Positions 9,149-18,961 are shown, numbered from the stretch's first letter. The stretch is DNA of 64,000 nt from Spirochaetota bacterium (GCA_026398615.1 JAPLSN010000041.1:2578-66577); one strand, 5' to 3'. Made by a program: numbers and translations. The notes: generated from the letters alone by a model not told the origin.

Positions 9149-10915
9149 CTAGCGGGCGACGATCCTCCGGACGGAACGGAAGAGATCCTCCCGGGAATGA
9201 CGGACGAAGATCGGCCGCCCGTGGGGACAGCGCTTTTCGGGCAGGTCCAGGGCTCGCGAAATGAGATCGACGGCGGCAGGCGCATCGAGTTCGTCCCCGT
9301 CCTTCACGGCGGCCCTGCATGCCACCGACGCGTTGGCGGCTCGCACGAGCCCTGAGGGATCGGGCCGGCTCCGTACGAGATCGATGAGGGCCGACGCATC
9401 GCTGCAAGCCAGGATCGCGGGCATGGACAGGATTTCCCAGTTCTTCCCTTCGCGCTCAAGCGCGAATCCCGCCGCGAGCAGTTCGTCCCTGTTGGCGGCG
9501 ATGTAGTCGTCCTCCTCGCGATTGTCCGACGCGAAGGAAACGGGAACCAGCAAGTCCTGGACCGCAGGCTTGCCTTTCGAGAGTTCGTCGAAGATCAGGC
9601 GCTCGTGTGCGGCGTGCTGGTCGAGGAGCCAGAGGGCATCGTCCATTTCGAACGCGAGGAATACGCCGAGCGTCTGCCCGATGTAGCGAAATCCGCTCCC
9701 CTCGCCGGATGAAGAGGCACCCTCGCCGATCCCGAAACCCCCACCCGCCGTACCTTCCGCCTGATCGACCGGCATAGTGACGAAAGGATGCGCCGTCCTC
9801 CTTCCGCCGGGCGTCAACGCGGGATCCGTCCCGCCGTACGTCCCGGCACCGGGATTTTCCTCCGACGCCCAGAGCGATCGGCCGGGGTTCTCCGGGGGTT
9901 CCGGGGATGGCGGCCCGCCCGACCGGTTTTGAAGGGCTTGGCGGATCGCCGCCACGATGGCGCGACGGATTTCGGCGACGCGGCGCAGGCGGACATCGCG
10001 CTTGGCCGGATGGATGTTGAAATCGGCTTCCGCGGGATCGACGTCCAGCAGGATCCAACCTTCCGGATGAAGGCCGCCCGGAAGCCATCCCGAGTACCCG
10101 TCATCGAGGGCGCTCTGGATCGAAAACTCCTGGATCCTCCTGCGGTTGATGAAAACCTGCATGGCCCTGCGGTCGGTCCTCGCGAACGAGGGATCGCCCG
10201 CCACCACCGACCCGGAAAAGGAATCGCCTGAATAATGGGCGATGAAAAAACCCTCGGGCGGTCGGGTCGGCGCGTACGCGTCCATGATCCGGTCGAACTG
10301 GCTCGCGGCAGGCAGGAACATCGTCATCGCACCGTCCGCCACGAAGCGGAATTCCGTGTCTGGATGGGTCAGGGCCTTGTCGATGAACACCTGCCGGCAG
10401 GATGCGGATTCGTTGCCGGCCCGCGAGAGGAATTTGCGCCTGGCGGGAATCTCGGCGAACAGCTCCTCCACGGTTACGGTCGTCCCCTTCCGGCCGCGCC
10501 AGGGCTCGAGGCTCGCCTGGCCTGAAGGACGGCTCACGAGGCGGTAGGGTTCGCCGCCCGCCGGAGCGGATACGATCTCGAGCCTCGCCACCGCGGCTAT
10601 CGAGGCGAGCGCTTCCCCGCGGAAACCCAGGGTCGTCAGGGAGAGCAGGTCATCGATGTCCGCGATCTTGGATGTGGCATGGTCGAGCACGCAGACACCG
10701 AGATCCTCCTGATCCATCCCGTCCCCGTCGTCCATGACGCGGACAAGCCCGATACCCCCGCCTTCGATCTCCACCACGACGTGGCGGGCGCCTGAGTCAA
10801 GCGCATTGTCGAGGAGTTCCCTGACGAGCGCTGCGGGCTTGTCGACGACCTCTCCCGCCGCGATTTTCCTCGCCGTCTCCGGCGGCAGTATCCTGATCCG
10901 ATGTCCGCCGTTCAT
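9149..10915 (-). CDS. mutL: DNA mismatch repair endonuclease MutL
   Basis: IAAGEVVDKP, ELLDNALD, TLGFRGEALASI; C-terminal DQHAAHER and CPHGRP endonuclease motifs, indicating the MutH-independent type. Confidence 0.98.
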   Translation of the reverse strand: MNGGHRIRILPPETARKIAAGEVVDKPAALVRELLDNALDSGARHVVVEIEGGGIGLVRVMDDGDGMDQEDLGVCVLDHATSKIADIDDLLSLTTLGFRGEALASIAAVARLEIVSAPAGGEPYRLVSRPSGQASLEPWRGRKGTTVTVEELFAEIPARRKFLSRAGNESASCRQVFIDKALTHPDTEFRFVADGAMTMFLPAASQFDRIMDAYAPTRPPEGFFIAHYSGDSFSGSVVAGDPSFARTDRRAMQVFINRRRIQEFSIQSALDDGYSGWLPGGLHPEGWILLDVDPAEADFNIHPAKRDVRLRRVAEIRRAIVAAIRQALQNRSGGPPSPEPPENPGRSLWASEENPGAGTYGGTDPALTPGGRRTAHPFVTMPVDQAEGTAGGGFGIGEGASSSGEGSGFRYIGQTLGVFLAFEMDDALWLLDQHAAHERLIFDELSKGKPAVQDLLVPVSFASDNREEDDYIAANRDELLAAGFALEREGKNWEILSMPAILACSDASALIDLVRSRPDPSGLVRAANASVACRAAVKDGDELDAPAAVDLISRALDLPEKRCPHGRPIFVRHSREDLFRSVRRIVAR

Positions 10916-11015
10916 GGTTTCTCCTTCCGTTCGATGCGCCGTTCGACGCTTCCGCGTTCCCGTCTTTTATAGGCGAATCCTGCGCCAGCGGGCAAGCCGC
11001 CGGAAGCGCTCCATT

Positions 11016-11049
11016 TAAAAAGGCGCGCCGCCCTCTCGGACGGCGCGCC
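11016..11049 (-). terminator. Terminator of the putative OMP/FecR-OMP operon
   Basis: GGCGCGCCG...CGGCGCGCC stem with an A-run at 11016-11020 that reads as a U-tract on the minus strand. Confidence 0.75.
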
Positions 11050-11070
11050 AGTCTGCCTATGCTTCGTCGG

Positions 11071-13266
11071 TCAGAACGAAAGCCGGGTTTCGAGCGACAG
11101 CACCGGGATGATCTCGGGCTTGCCGTCCTTGTACATCACGTCGCCCGCATCGTTGCGGCGAACCGCGGTCGCGAAGACGATCGCCAGGTCGAGCCCGGGC
11201 GCTTTCGGGACGGGTACGATCACCTCGCCCTTCAGGACGGTCTGCTCGTCGAAAAGAGAGGCTCCCGAGTCGAGCCCGGTGAGCGTCCGGTAGAAGTTGT
11301 GGCGCTCGTAGGAAATGGCGCCGTACACGTCCACGACCGGGATGAGGCCTTTCTTGATCTCGAGCCGTGACACGAAGTAGTCGTTGCGACTCACTTCGTC
11401 CAGCACCGCGGCGGACAATCCCGCATCGAACGACCACGGCATGAAGTATCCGAGGGTCAGCGAGATCTTGTCGCCGAAGAGTTTGCCCTCGCCCTCGCCG
11501 TAGATGCCCATGACGGTGGGGGCGTCGCTCAAGGGGGTGCTGCCATCGAGATAGCCGGCCCACTTCTGCGCGACAATGCCCCTCGTCCTGTCGTAGGACG
11601 CGTTGAAGAAACCGGGTGTGAAGGCGCCGGTAAAGTGCCGGTACTCCAGCCTCCAGTCGACGAAGAACAGGTTGCCCATGAAACCGCTCGTCAGGCCCCA
11701 GTTCTTGAGGCTCTTCGAGTCGGCATCGATGATCATGTCCCAGCGAAGTCCGGTATCCATCGTGCCGCCCGCGTCGTTGCGGACGTAGGGCAGCATCGCA
11801 CCGAGGTCCGTGAAGAACCGGATGCCGAACACGGTGTTGCGCGGGATGATCGGAAGATCCACGTCTAAGGCGGTGCCGATGAAGATCGGATCCCCGACGG
11901 CGTCGGACGCATCGGGCGTCGCCTCGGTGTCCAGGATGGATGCCGGCGCGATGTCGGCGACGGCGGAAAGGCCGAACGCCAGCGGTATCGATTCGCCGAG
12001 CGGCCTTGCATAGAGGCGCCCGCCGAAGATTTCCGGCTTGATCGCGTCGTTGACCATCGCCTCGAAGCCCCAGGACTTGAGATCCAGGCCGAGGTTGACG
12101 CCGAGCTTGCGGACGGCGGGGAAGTCCGCGTCGTTCGCGTACTCGTTCATGATGAGGCCATGGCCGACCGTGAAGCTGTTCAGGTTGCCGAGCTTCACGA
12201 AGAAGGGATCGTCCAGCTGCCGGCCGTACTCGATGTACTTGAACTTGAGCGCGAGATCCGATGCCGCATCCGCGGCAGCGGCGATGGGATGGGCGGCCCA
12301 ATCCTTGTCATAGCCGAAGCTCCACTCGTCGTTGCCGTACGGCCGGTACCAGTCGGACGGATCGAAAAGGTCGCTCGTGTAGATGATGGGGAGGTACAGG
12401 GCCATCTTGAGCTTCCCGAACTCGAAGGTCGGCTGGATGACGGCCTTGGAATAGGTCACGCCGTCGATGGTCAGGGAACCTATCTCCATGCCGAGCATGT
12501 CGGAGAGCCAGGACAGGAGCGCGCTCTTCGCGGCCGGTTCCGGCGCCGGAGGTTCCGCAGTTCCCGTCTCACCGGTCGCCGCGGTTCCGTCCTGGCCCGA
12601 TTCGGTGCCGTCGGCCTCCGCCACGGTCTTCGGGTCCAGCTTCTTGAACTCCACGTTCCCGTATTCCTGGGCATACTGCTCCGGGGTAAAGGGTGAGGCC
12701 TTGAAGCTTTCCGCGAAGAAATCCGCGAACTCGCCGGCGCCGACGCTGATCTGCTCCATCAGCTTGCCATCGCCGCCGAGCTTGGAGAAATCGACGCGGC
12801 CCTTGCCGACCAAGAGCGTGTTCGCGACACCCTTGACGAAGCTGTAGCTGAAATCGGTGCCGCGGACGCCGCAGACCGTGGACGCGGAACGGATCTCGTA
12901 GGACCCACCCTTCGCCGCCACCGTGCGGACCTTGCCGGCCACCAGCTCGAACGCATTCATCTGCTTGCTGTCGCTGGCCAGGGAAGCGATCCTGAACGTG
13001 GTCGAGGCAGCCAGCTTGAGGATCGTGCCGTTGGGTGTGATCTTCAATTCCACGGTCGTGGAAGCGCCGGTGGTGATGGCCGACCCGATCTTGATCTCGT
13101 CGCCCTCCAGGATGCCGGAGCCATAACTGGCCGTGGATCCGTCCGTACCGACGATGGTCACTTCATCACCCTCGACGAATTCCAGGATCAGCCTCTGGCC
13201 CTTGGCCTGCGCGAAGGCAACGGAAACCATCAAGGCCGCTAGAACGACGGCCCATAATTTCTTCAT
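11071..13266 (-). CDS. Exported FecR-domain protein fused to a putative outer-membrane beta-barrel
   Basis: ATG 13266 with AGGAGG RBS; signal peptide; FecR motif 'FELVAGKVR...STVCGVRGTDF'; Pro/Ala/Thr linker; amphipathic beta-rich C-terminal region ending in Phe (LETRLSF). Confidence 0.8.
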   Translation of the reverse strand: MKKLWAVVLAALMVSVAFAQAKGQRLILEFVEGDEVTIVGTDGSTASYGSGILEGDEIKIGSAITTGASTTVELKITPNGTILKLAASTTFRIASLASDSKQMNAFELVAGKVRTVAAKGGSYEIRSASTVCGVRGTDFSYSFVKGVANTLLVGKGRVDFSKLGGDGKLMEQISVGAGEFADFFAESFKASPFTPEQYAQEYGNVEFKKLDPKTVAEADGTESGQDGTAATGETGTAEPPAPEPAAKSALLSWLSDMLGMEIGSLTIDGVTYSKAVIQPTFEFGKLKMALYLPIIYTSDLFDPSDWYRPYGNDEWSFGYDKDWAAHPIAAAADAASDLALKFKYIEYGRQLDDPFFVKLGNLNSFTVGHGLIMNEYANDADFPAVRKLGVNLGLDLKSWGFEAMVNDAIKPEIFGGRLYARPLGESIPLAFGLSAVADIAPASILDTEATPDASDAVGDPIFIGTALDVDLPIIPRNTVFGIRFFTDLGAMLPYVRNDAGGTMDTGLRWDMIIDADSKSLKNWGLTSGFMGNLFFVDWRLEYRHFTGAFTPGFFNASYDRTRGIVAQKWAGYLDGSTPLSDAPTVMGIYGEGEGKLFGDKISLTLGYFMPWSFDAGLSAAVLDEVSRNDYFVSRLEIKKGLIPVVDVYGAISYERHNFYRTLTGLDSGASLFDEQTVLKGEVIVPVPKAPGLDLAIVFATAVRRNDAGDVMYKDGKPEIIPVLSLETRLSF

Positions 13267-13283
13267 ACGTCCTCCTTTCTCCG

Positions 13284-14651
13284 TCAAAACTGCACGGTGC
13301 TCTGGATGCTCGAGCTTACGTCGAAGCCATTGTCGGCCTCGGGATTGTACTTCAAATTATAGACGAGCGAGATGACTGCCGCCCCGGTGTGGTAATTGAT
13401 CGCCGCGCTGATGACGGCGTCCTCCGGCGTGAGGAGGTCCCGGAAGAAACCCTTGTCACTGCCGAGGAAGTACTTGTCGTATGCCGCGTCGAAGGAGAAA
13501 CCGCCGATGATCCCCTGCGCGAGGTTCGCGACGCCGCGCACGTGCGGGTACTCGGCCGAGTTTGCCGATTTCACCGATGGAATGACCTGGAACGGCCCGT
13601 CCAGCGCAACGCCGAAACTGACCGCGTCCTTGAGGACCGAAAGTCCGAGGTTGGCGGCCCAGCCGGCGGTCGCTCCGCCTGAAACCGATTCCTGCATGGC
13701 GTCATATCTGATGGAACGGAACAGATCGTAGTTGGCGTCGAAGTAATCGGGAATGAACCCGGCGCCGAGCACGCGGACCTGGGCTCCGTAGGTGATCACG
13801 CCGACGAGCCGGCCAGCCGCGCCCGCCATCCAGCCCCAGCGGTTCTTGGGTTCCATCGCGAAATCGGTGAAAAGCCCGAGAGGGAAGAGATCCCCGCCCA
13901 TGAGGGGCAGGAATACGTCGAGACCGTATACCATGACGGGGTCCGCGTCGTTCGCGGGGTCCGTGTCGTTGTAGAGGTCGGGTTTGGTGTCCGCCACGAG
14001 GGTCAGGCCGGTCTGGAGGTTCTTGATGACGGGCAGCTCGGACCCGTAGAGCGGGCGGACGAAGAATCGGCCGCCGATGACGTCGAGCTGGGCCAGATTG
14101 CCCGTGAGCACGTCAAGGCCGAGGTACGGAAAGTCGAAGAGCGCTCCGTCCACGCCGGCTTGAAGGCCGAAAAATCGCAGGGCGGGCAGGTATCGCGTGT
14201 TCGCATAGCCCCCGACGATGAATCCGTCCCCTAGCGTGAGGTTGTCGATGGAACCGAGCTTGACGTACAGGGGATCGCCCTGCTTGCCGTACCTGATGTA
14301 CATGATCTTGGCCATGTAAAGGTCGAAGACGGAATAGCCGGAGCCTTCGTAATCGGGAAGCCAGTCCCCGGGATATAACTCGATGGCGGTATCCGGATCG
14401 GGATAGAACTTGAACCTGACGGAAAGGTCGAATCCGATGCCGAATTTGCCGAACGAGATGTCAGGCTGGAATCCAAGCTTGTTCCATGTTTCCACGGCTC
14501 CGTTCACGGGGATCGCGTCGGCTCCGAGGCTGACGGCAGCCTGGAAGCCGAAACCTGCGTCAGCGGCCGGGTCGGATACCTCGCCTTCCGAGAACCCGGA
14601 AAATACGCATACTGCCGCTACAAAGATGAAAATCGTCATTCGACGAATCAT
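13284..14651 (-). CDS. Putative outer-membrane beta-barrel protein, paralogue of the C-terminal part of the downstream gene
   Basis: ATG 14651 with GGAGG RBS; signal peptide; ends in STVQF; segment similarity to 11071-13266 is visible by eye. Confidence 0.75.
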   Translation of the reverse strand: MIRRMTIFIFVAAVCVFSGFSEGEVSDPAADAGFGFQAAVSLGADAIPVNGAVETWNKLGFQPDISFGKFGIGFDLSVRFKFYPDPDTAIELYPGDWLPDYEGSGYSVFDLYMAKIMYIRYGKQGDPLYVKLGSIDNLTLGDGFIVGGYANTRYLPALRFFGLQAGVDGALFDFPYLGLDVLTGNLAQLDVIGGRFFVRPLYGSELPVIKNLQTGLTLVADTKPDLYNDTDPANDADPVMVYGLDVFLPLMGGDLFPLGLFTDFAMEPKNRWGWMAGAAGRLVGVITYGAQVRVLGAGFIPDYFDANYDLFRSIRYDAMQESVSGGATAGWAANLGLSVLKDAVSFGVALDGPFQVIPSVKSANSAEYPHVRGVANLAQGIIGGFSFDAAYDKYFLGSDKGFFRDLLTPEDAVISAAINYHTGAAVISLVYNLKYNPEADNGFDVSSSIQSTVQF

Positions 14652-14930
14652 GTGTCCTCCTTCGCGCCGATTCCCGCAAGAACAGGTACGGCGACGGAAC
14701 CATCCTGTCGACGCTTCGGGTTCCGTCCCGAAAAACGCCGAAAGCCGCGCGACGGAGGGGCTTGCCCGTTTCCACCATACGCCTTCGGTCGATGCGTTTT
14801 TCGTATACAATCTACTGTAACACAAGGTACCGAGGAAAAAAATGAAAAACAACGGGCTGATCCGGAATCGGCGGCCGGTTGGATCCTCGCGATGCTGCGC
14901 GGGAAGTCGCCGTTTACGTCGGCAGGATGT

Positions 14931-15353
14931 TCAGGAAATCGTTTTCCGGGCGGCGACGAACTCGGCGAGTGTCCTGCCTGAGGCATATTCACGGAACATG
15001 GCATCCATGTCCATCCATGCCCTTCCCGCGGCGCAGCTGCCTGGATCCGCGCACCGGATGCCGTTTTCGCAGACACAGGGAAGAAATCCGATCGGATCTC
15101 CAGCGCCTTCCAGGACTTCGAGCAGGGTGATCTCGGACGCGGCCCGCGAAAGCCTGAAACCACCACCCGCGCCCCTCAATGAGTCGACGATTCCAGCCTG
15201 CCGCATCTTGTGGAATACCTGTTCTAGGAAATCCGGCGACAATCGTTGGTTGCCGGCAAGGGTCCTGATGCTCGTGAGGGGGCTTGAATCGCCGTAATCC
15301 GCAAGTGCGATGAGCGCCTTGAGAGCATACCGTTCGCGGCTCGTGATTCTCAT
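14931..15353 (-). CDS. Rrf2-family transcriptional regulator (IscR-like)
   Basis: MRITSRERYALKAL, FLEQVFHKMRQAGIVDSLRGAGGGFRLSR; Cys cluster C-x-C-x5-C-x5-C. Confidence 0.93.
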   Translation of the reverse strand: MRITSRERYALKALIALADYGDSSPLTSIRTLAGNQRLSPDFLEQVFHKMRQAGIVDSLRGAGGGFRLSRAASEITLLEVLEGAGDPIGFLPCVCENGIRCADPGSCAAGRAWMDMDAMFREYASGRTLAEFVAARKTIS

Positions 15354-15731
15354 GAGATTCCCCGCCCTTCAGCTGATTCGTTTTCATGGTACAATGGAAT
15401 GCCGATGACCGCAAGGAACTTCCCCCGGAGTTGGACTTTGGGAAAGCCGAATTGCCGCCGCATTTCACGGGTATTCCTTACCTGCGAACCATAATGCATG
15501 GCACTCGTTGCGGTTTAATGCTGGTTTCGGAAAATTATCTATTATGGTAAATATCTCTCATGGTCGGGGATCCAAGCAGAATCCCCGACGACGCTTCGAC
15601 GGCGACAGCTTCTTAATAGTGGGACTTCTCGTCGCGAACCCGCGGTTCGCTTCGCCACATCGTTTGCATATCCTCCGGCACCGCGCTACGCTTGAATCCG
15701 GGAAACACGACAACGAGGGAGAGGCACGGCC

Positions 15732-16259
15732 TTGGAAAACATGAAGGAAAAGATCAAGCAGATCGAAGCCGTGCGCAAGATCATCACGTTCCGTTTCATG
15801 ACCGACGGAGAGATCGTCGACTTGCTGAACCTCGCGGAACTCGTCCGGTATTCGGAAGGCGAGGTTCTCATCGAGGAAGGCGAGATCAGTCCGTTCTTCT
15901 TCGGCATCATCGAAGGGACTTTCGGTGTCACCGTCAAGGAAACCGATGGCAAGCAGGTGTACGTCAACTCCCTCGGACCGGGCGACGTGTTCGGGGAAGC
16001 CGGGATATTCATGAAGGTCAGGAGAACCGCGACGATCACCGCCCTCGATACCGTTCTCGTGATCCGCATCCATCGAACCGACTTGATCAATTTCATCAAG
16101 AAGCACGCCGAAGCGGGAAACAAGATCCTGCTCGTTATCATCTTCAGCCTGCTGCGCAAGCTTCGCATGGTGAACCAGGAGCTGGCGTTCGAAAGGAAGA
16201 GCGACATAGCCCAGGACGAGATCGACGCGATGATCGAAACGCTGTTCAGCGAACCCTGA
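15732..16259 (+). CDS. Cyclic-nucleotide-binding (Crp/cNMP) domain protein without an obvious HTH
   Basis: GEVLIEEGE, GPGDVFGE and RTATITA phosphate-binding cassette. Start is TTG 15732 or ATG 15741. Confidence 0.88.
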   Translation: MENMKEKIKQIEAVRKIITFRFMTDGEIVDLLNLAELVRYSEGEVLIEEGEISPFFFGIIEGTFGVTVKETDGKQVYVNSLGPGDVFGEAGIFMKVRRTATITALDTVLVIRIHRTDLINFIKKHAEAGNKILLVIIFSLLRKLRMVNQELAFERKSDIAQDEIDAMIETLFSEP

Positions 16260-16268
16260 CCCGCCCGA

Positions 16269-17249
16269 TCATCCAGTCTTGGAGATTCTCCAGCACCTGT
16301 GGGGATGTCCCCGATAATCGGGCGGGGTCGTGGCATCGGTCAGGTCTTCGATTTTCGCGTTTTCCACGAGCCCGGCATCGAGCTTGAACCGGCGCGCGTT
16401 GGTCGAAAAAAACAGCGACCCGTCGTCGTCCAGCATTTCCAGGGCCAGGGCGATCAACTCCGCCCAATCGCGGTTCAGGTCGAAATCCTCGCGCATGCGT
16501 TTGGAATTGGAAAAGGTCGGTGGATCGAGCACGATTATGCCGTATTTCCGGCCCTCCGCGGCAGCCTGTTCCATGAAAACCCGGGCGTCGGACCTGATCC
16601 CGCGGCAGTTCTCCCCGGAGCAGCCGTTGCGCTCGAGATTCCTGCGCGTCCAATCCAGGTAGGTGGCCGACAGGTCGACGGAATCCACGATCGTCGCGCC
16701 GCCTGAAGCGGCATAGACGGAAAAACTCCCGGTGTAGCAGAACAGGTTCAGGACTGCCTTGCCCCTGGAAAGGCCGCCGACCATCGAGCGCGTGATGCGG
16801 TGATCGAGGAAAAGCCCGGAATCCAGGTAATCGTCCAGGTTGACCAGGAACGCAAGCCCGCCTTCCGCTACCTCGAAAAACCTTTCCGTCCGGGCATGGC
16901 GTTCGTACTGGGAACTTCCGAGCTGGTGTTTCCGCGTCTTCATGTGGATCAAGCCGGATTCGATGCCGAGGGCGTTCGAGGCGACGCCGGTCATGAGCGA
17001 AAGCCAGGCATCTTCCTCGTCATCGGGTTTTTCGTAGGGCCGCTCGTACAGTGCCATGAGCAGCTCGTTCCCGTACCGGTCCACGGAGAGGGGAATCTCG
17101 GGAATGTCCCGGTCGTACACCCGGTATGCGGTAATGCCTTCGCGCCGGGCCCATTTACGCAGGTGGCGATCGCGTTTTTTCAGGCGATTGGCGAAAAAAT
17201 CCGCCTGGCGGATGTCATCCTCCGGGATTTGTCCGTCGGGATCGCCCAT
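16269..17249 (-). CDS. Class I SAM-dependent rRNA methyltransferase (stand-alone RlmK/RlmI-like)
   Basis: YRVYDRDIPE, DSGLFLDHR, VLNLFCYTGSFSV, IVLDPPTFSNSK. Confidence 0.9.
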   Translation of the reverse strand: MGDPDGQIPEDDIRQADFFANRLKKRDRHLRKWARREGITAYRVYDRDIPEIPLSVDRYGNELLMALYERPYEKPDDEEDAWLSLMTGVASNALGIESGLIHMKTRKHQLGSSQYERHARTERFFEVAEGGLAFLVNLDDYLDSGLFLDHRITRSMVGGLSRGKAVLNLFCYTGSFSVYAASGGATIVDSVDLSATYLDWTRRNLERNGCSGENCRGIRSDARVFMEQAAAEGRKYGIIVLDPPTFSNSKRMREDFDLNRDWAELIALALEMLDDDGSLFFSTNARRFKLDAGLVENAKIEDLTDATTPPDYRGHPHRCWRISKTG

Positions 17250-17252
17250 GCG

Positions 17253-17897
17253 TCAGGCCTCGCGTCCCCGCTGGTTACGGATCATGACGGAAAGGAGGGC
17301 ATAGCCGGACGAAAGGTCCTCGCGGTGAACTACAACGCCGGATGGGGTATCGAGCTTGTGATCGGTAAAATTCCAGATGGCCTTGATATCGCCTTCCACG
17401 AGTCGGTCAGCCGCGTCCTGGGCTACAGGGCCCGGCACGGTCAAGATGGCTACCTCGACGCCATTGTCCCTGACAAAGGCGGACAGGTCTTCTAGCGGCA
17501 AAACCGGGACGCCATGCACGATGGCTCCGAGCTTGTCCCGGTCGATATCGAAGGTGGCAATGACTTCCAGCCCGTGAAGCTTGAATTCCCGGTAGCCGGC
17601 AAGGGCGAAACCGAGGTTGCCGGCGCCGACGACCACAGCCTTGTGAACCTTGTCCCAGCCAAGGAAATGCTCTATGGCCGCGACGAGGGCGGCGACCGGG
17701 TAGCCTTTCTTGGGTTTTCCGATGATCCCCGTGATGGCCAGGTCTTTCCGGACCTGGATTGGTTCGAGATTGAGTTCCTGGGCTATTACCGTGCCAGAGA
17801 TATATGACTCCCCGTTCTGGAGGGCTTGGCGGATGATGATGAGGTAGGAAGGAAGACGCCTGATGGATGGGGCGAAGGATACTTTGACTCTGGTCAT
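17253..17897 (-). CDS. rex: Redox-sensing transcriptional repressor Rex
   Basis: SIRRLPSY, IQVRKDL, GYPV, VVGAGNLG (Rossmann), AIWNF. ATG 17897 gives 214 aa. Confidence 0.95.
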   Translation of the reverse strand: MTRVKVSFAPSIRRLPSYLIIIRQALQNGESYISGTVIAQELNLEPIQVRKDLAITGIIGKPKKGYPVAALVAAIEHFLGWDKVHKAVVVGAGNLGFALAGYREFKLHGLEVIATFDIDRDKLGAIVHGVPVLPLEDLSAFVRDNGVEVAILTVPGPVAQDAADRLVEGDIKAIWNFTDHKLDTPSGVVVHREDLSSGYALLSVMIRNQRGREA

Positions 17898-18058
17898 GAT
17901 CATTCCCATCCGGCTGGACGGAAGAATGGGCTCGCATCGTGTCTTTTGGACAGCCAGTATCGACCATTCATGCCATACCGATTCGCCAGGCGTTGTATAC
18001 ACACCAATTATAAATCGGCAACCGGTTAACGATATAAATCAATCGATAAAAAAGCCAA

Positions 18059-18106
18059 GATAAAAAGAAAACCCCGGGGAAAAAGGAGGTAGAAAACCCC
18101 GGGGTT
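18059..18106 (-). terminator. Probable intrinsic terminator of plsC, built from a self-complementary 14-bp direct repeat
   Basis: Minus strand reads AACCCCGGGG-17-nt loop-CCCCGGGGTT-TTCTTTTT; AGAAAACCCCGGGG occurs at 18066-18079 and 18091-18104. Confidence 0.65.
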
Positions 18107-18157
18107 AATAGAGTCGATCCAACTCCGGAATAAATATACCAAGGTTCGGAATACTTT

Positions 18158-18961
18158 TCAAGTGGCCGGTCGCCGTTTGTTGTGTACACCCGCCCGTCCG
18201 CCCGCGGAAGGAGTTTCCGCCCTCATTGCGACGAGTTCAGCCGAGATCCGATTCCGCGCGTCCTCCAGATAGGCGAGTTGCGATTTCTTGTCAATGGGCA
18301 TTTCATCCACCGAAACCAGCCTGGCCCTGAACGTGGTTTCCTTCATCCCCGAGAAAACCGCCCCGAGCGAGGCGATTTTCCATCCGCCGTCGAGGGCCAC
18401 GAGGACGATCGGGAGTGGGTCGATCTCCAGGATCTTCCGAAACCCTGCGGAATGGAAGGTTTGTGCTTTCCCGTCCCTCGACCTGGTCCCTTCCGGGAAA
18501 AGCACGGGGCAGGCTCCCGAACGTTTGGCGGCATTGGTGAAGGAAACGAGCGCATGCATCGTACCATGCAGGTCGCCGGTTCGCGCGATCAAAGCGTGCC
18601 GTTGATAGCGGAGCGCCGATGAAACGTAGGGAATCCAGCGTCCGAGTTCAAGTTTGGCCACGAACCGGAGATCTGCCGTGCCGCCGAAGAATTCGATCAG
18701 GATGGGTATATCAAAAAGGCTCTGGTGGTTGGAAACGACCAGGAAGCGATCGGGCAGGCGTTTTCTGTCATACTTTCCGAAATCCAGGCGGAGTCCCGTG
18801 TAGGTCGAGAGGACCGTGAATATACGGCACGCGGTAGGCACCATGAGGGCGCCGGAAAGCCGGCGGGCGGCGGGATAGGAGACGATCGCCACGATCCTGA
18901 CGAGGAAATCGTGGAGCATCAAGAGTCCGATGATGCCGATTACGGACAATATCGCGCCCAT
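18158..18961 (-). CDS. plsC: 1-acyl-sn-glycerol-3-phosphate acyltransferase
   Basis: NHQSLFD, FVAKLEL and FPEGTRS acyltransferase motifs. ATG 18961 preferred as start. Confidence 0.9.
   Translation of the reverse strand: MGAILSVIGIIGLLMLHDFLVRIVAIVSYPAARRLSGALMVPTACRIFTVLSTYTGLRLDFGKYDRKRLPDRFLVVSNHQSLFDIPILIEFFGGTADLRFVAKLELGRWIPYVSSALRYQRHALIARTGDLHGTMHALVSFTNAAKRSGACPVLFPEGTRSRDGKAQTFHSAGFRKILEIDPLPIVLVALDGGWKIASLGAVFSGMKETTFRARLVSVDEMPIDKKSQLAYLEDARNRISAELVAMRAETPSAGGRAGVHNKRRPAT

Noticed and set aside
14842-15297. ORF MKNNGLIRNRR... with an apparent GAGG RBS
   Set aside because: It lies mostly antisense to the well-supported Rrf2 gene and has no protein-like features.
17898-18157. Rex operator for autoregulation
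   Set aside because: No TTGTGAA-N4-TTCACAA-like site found; only short ATCGAT and GTTAAC palindromes.
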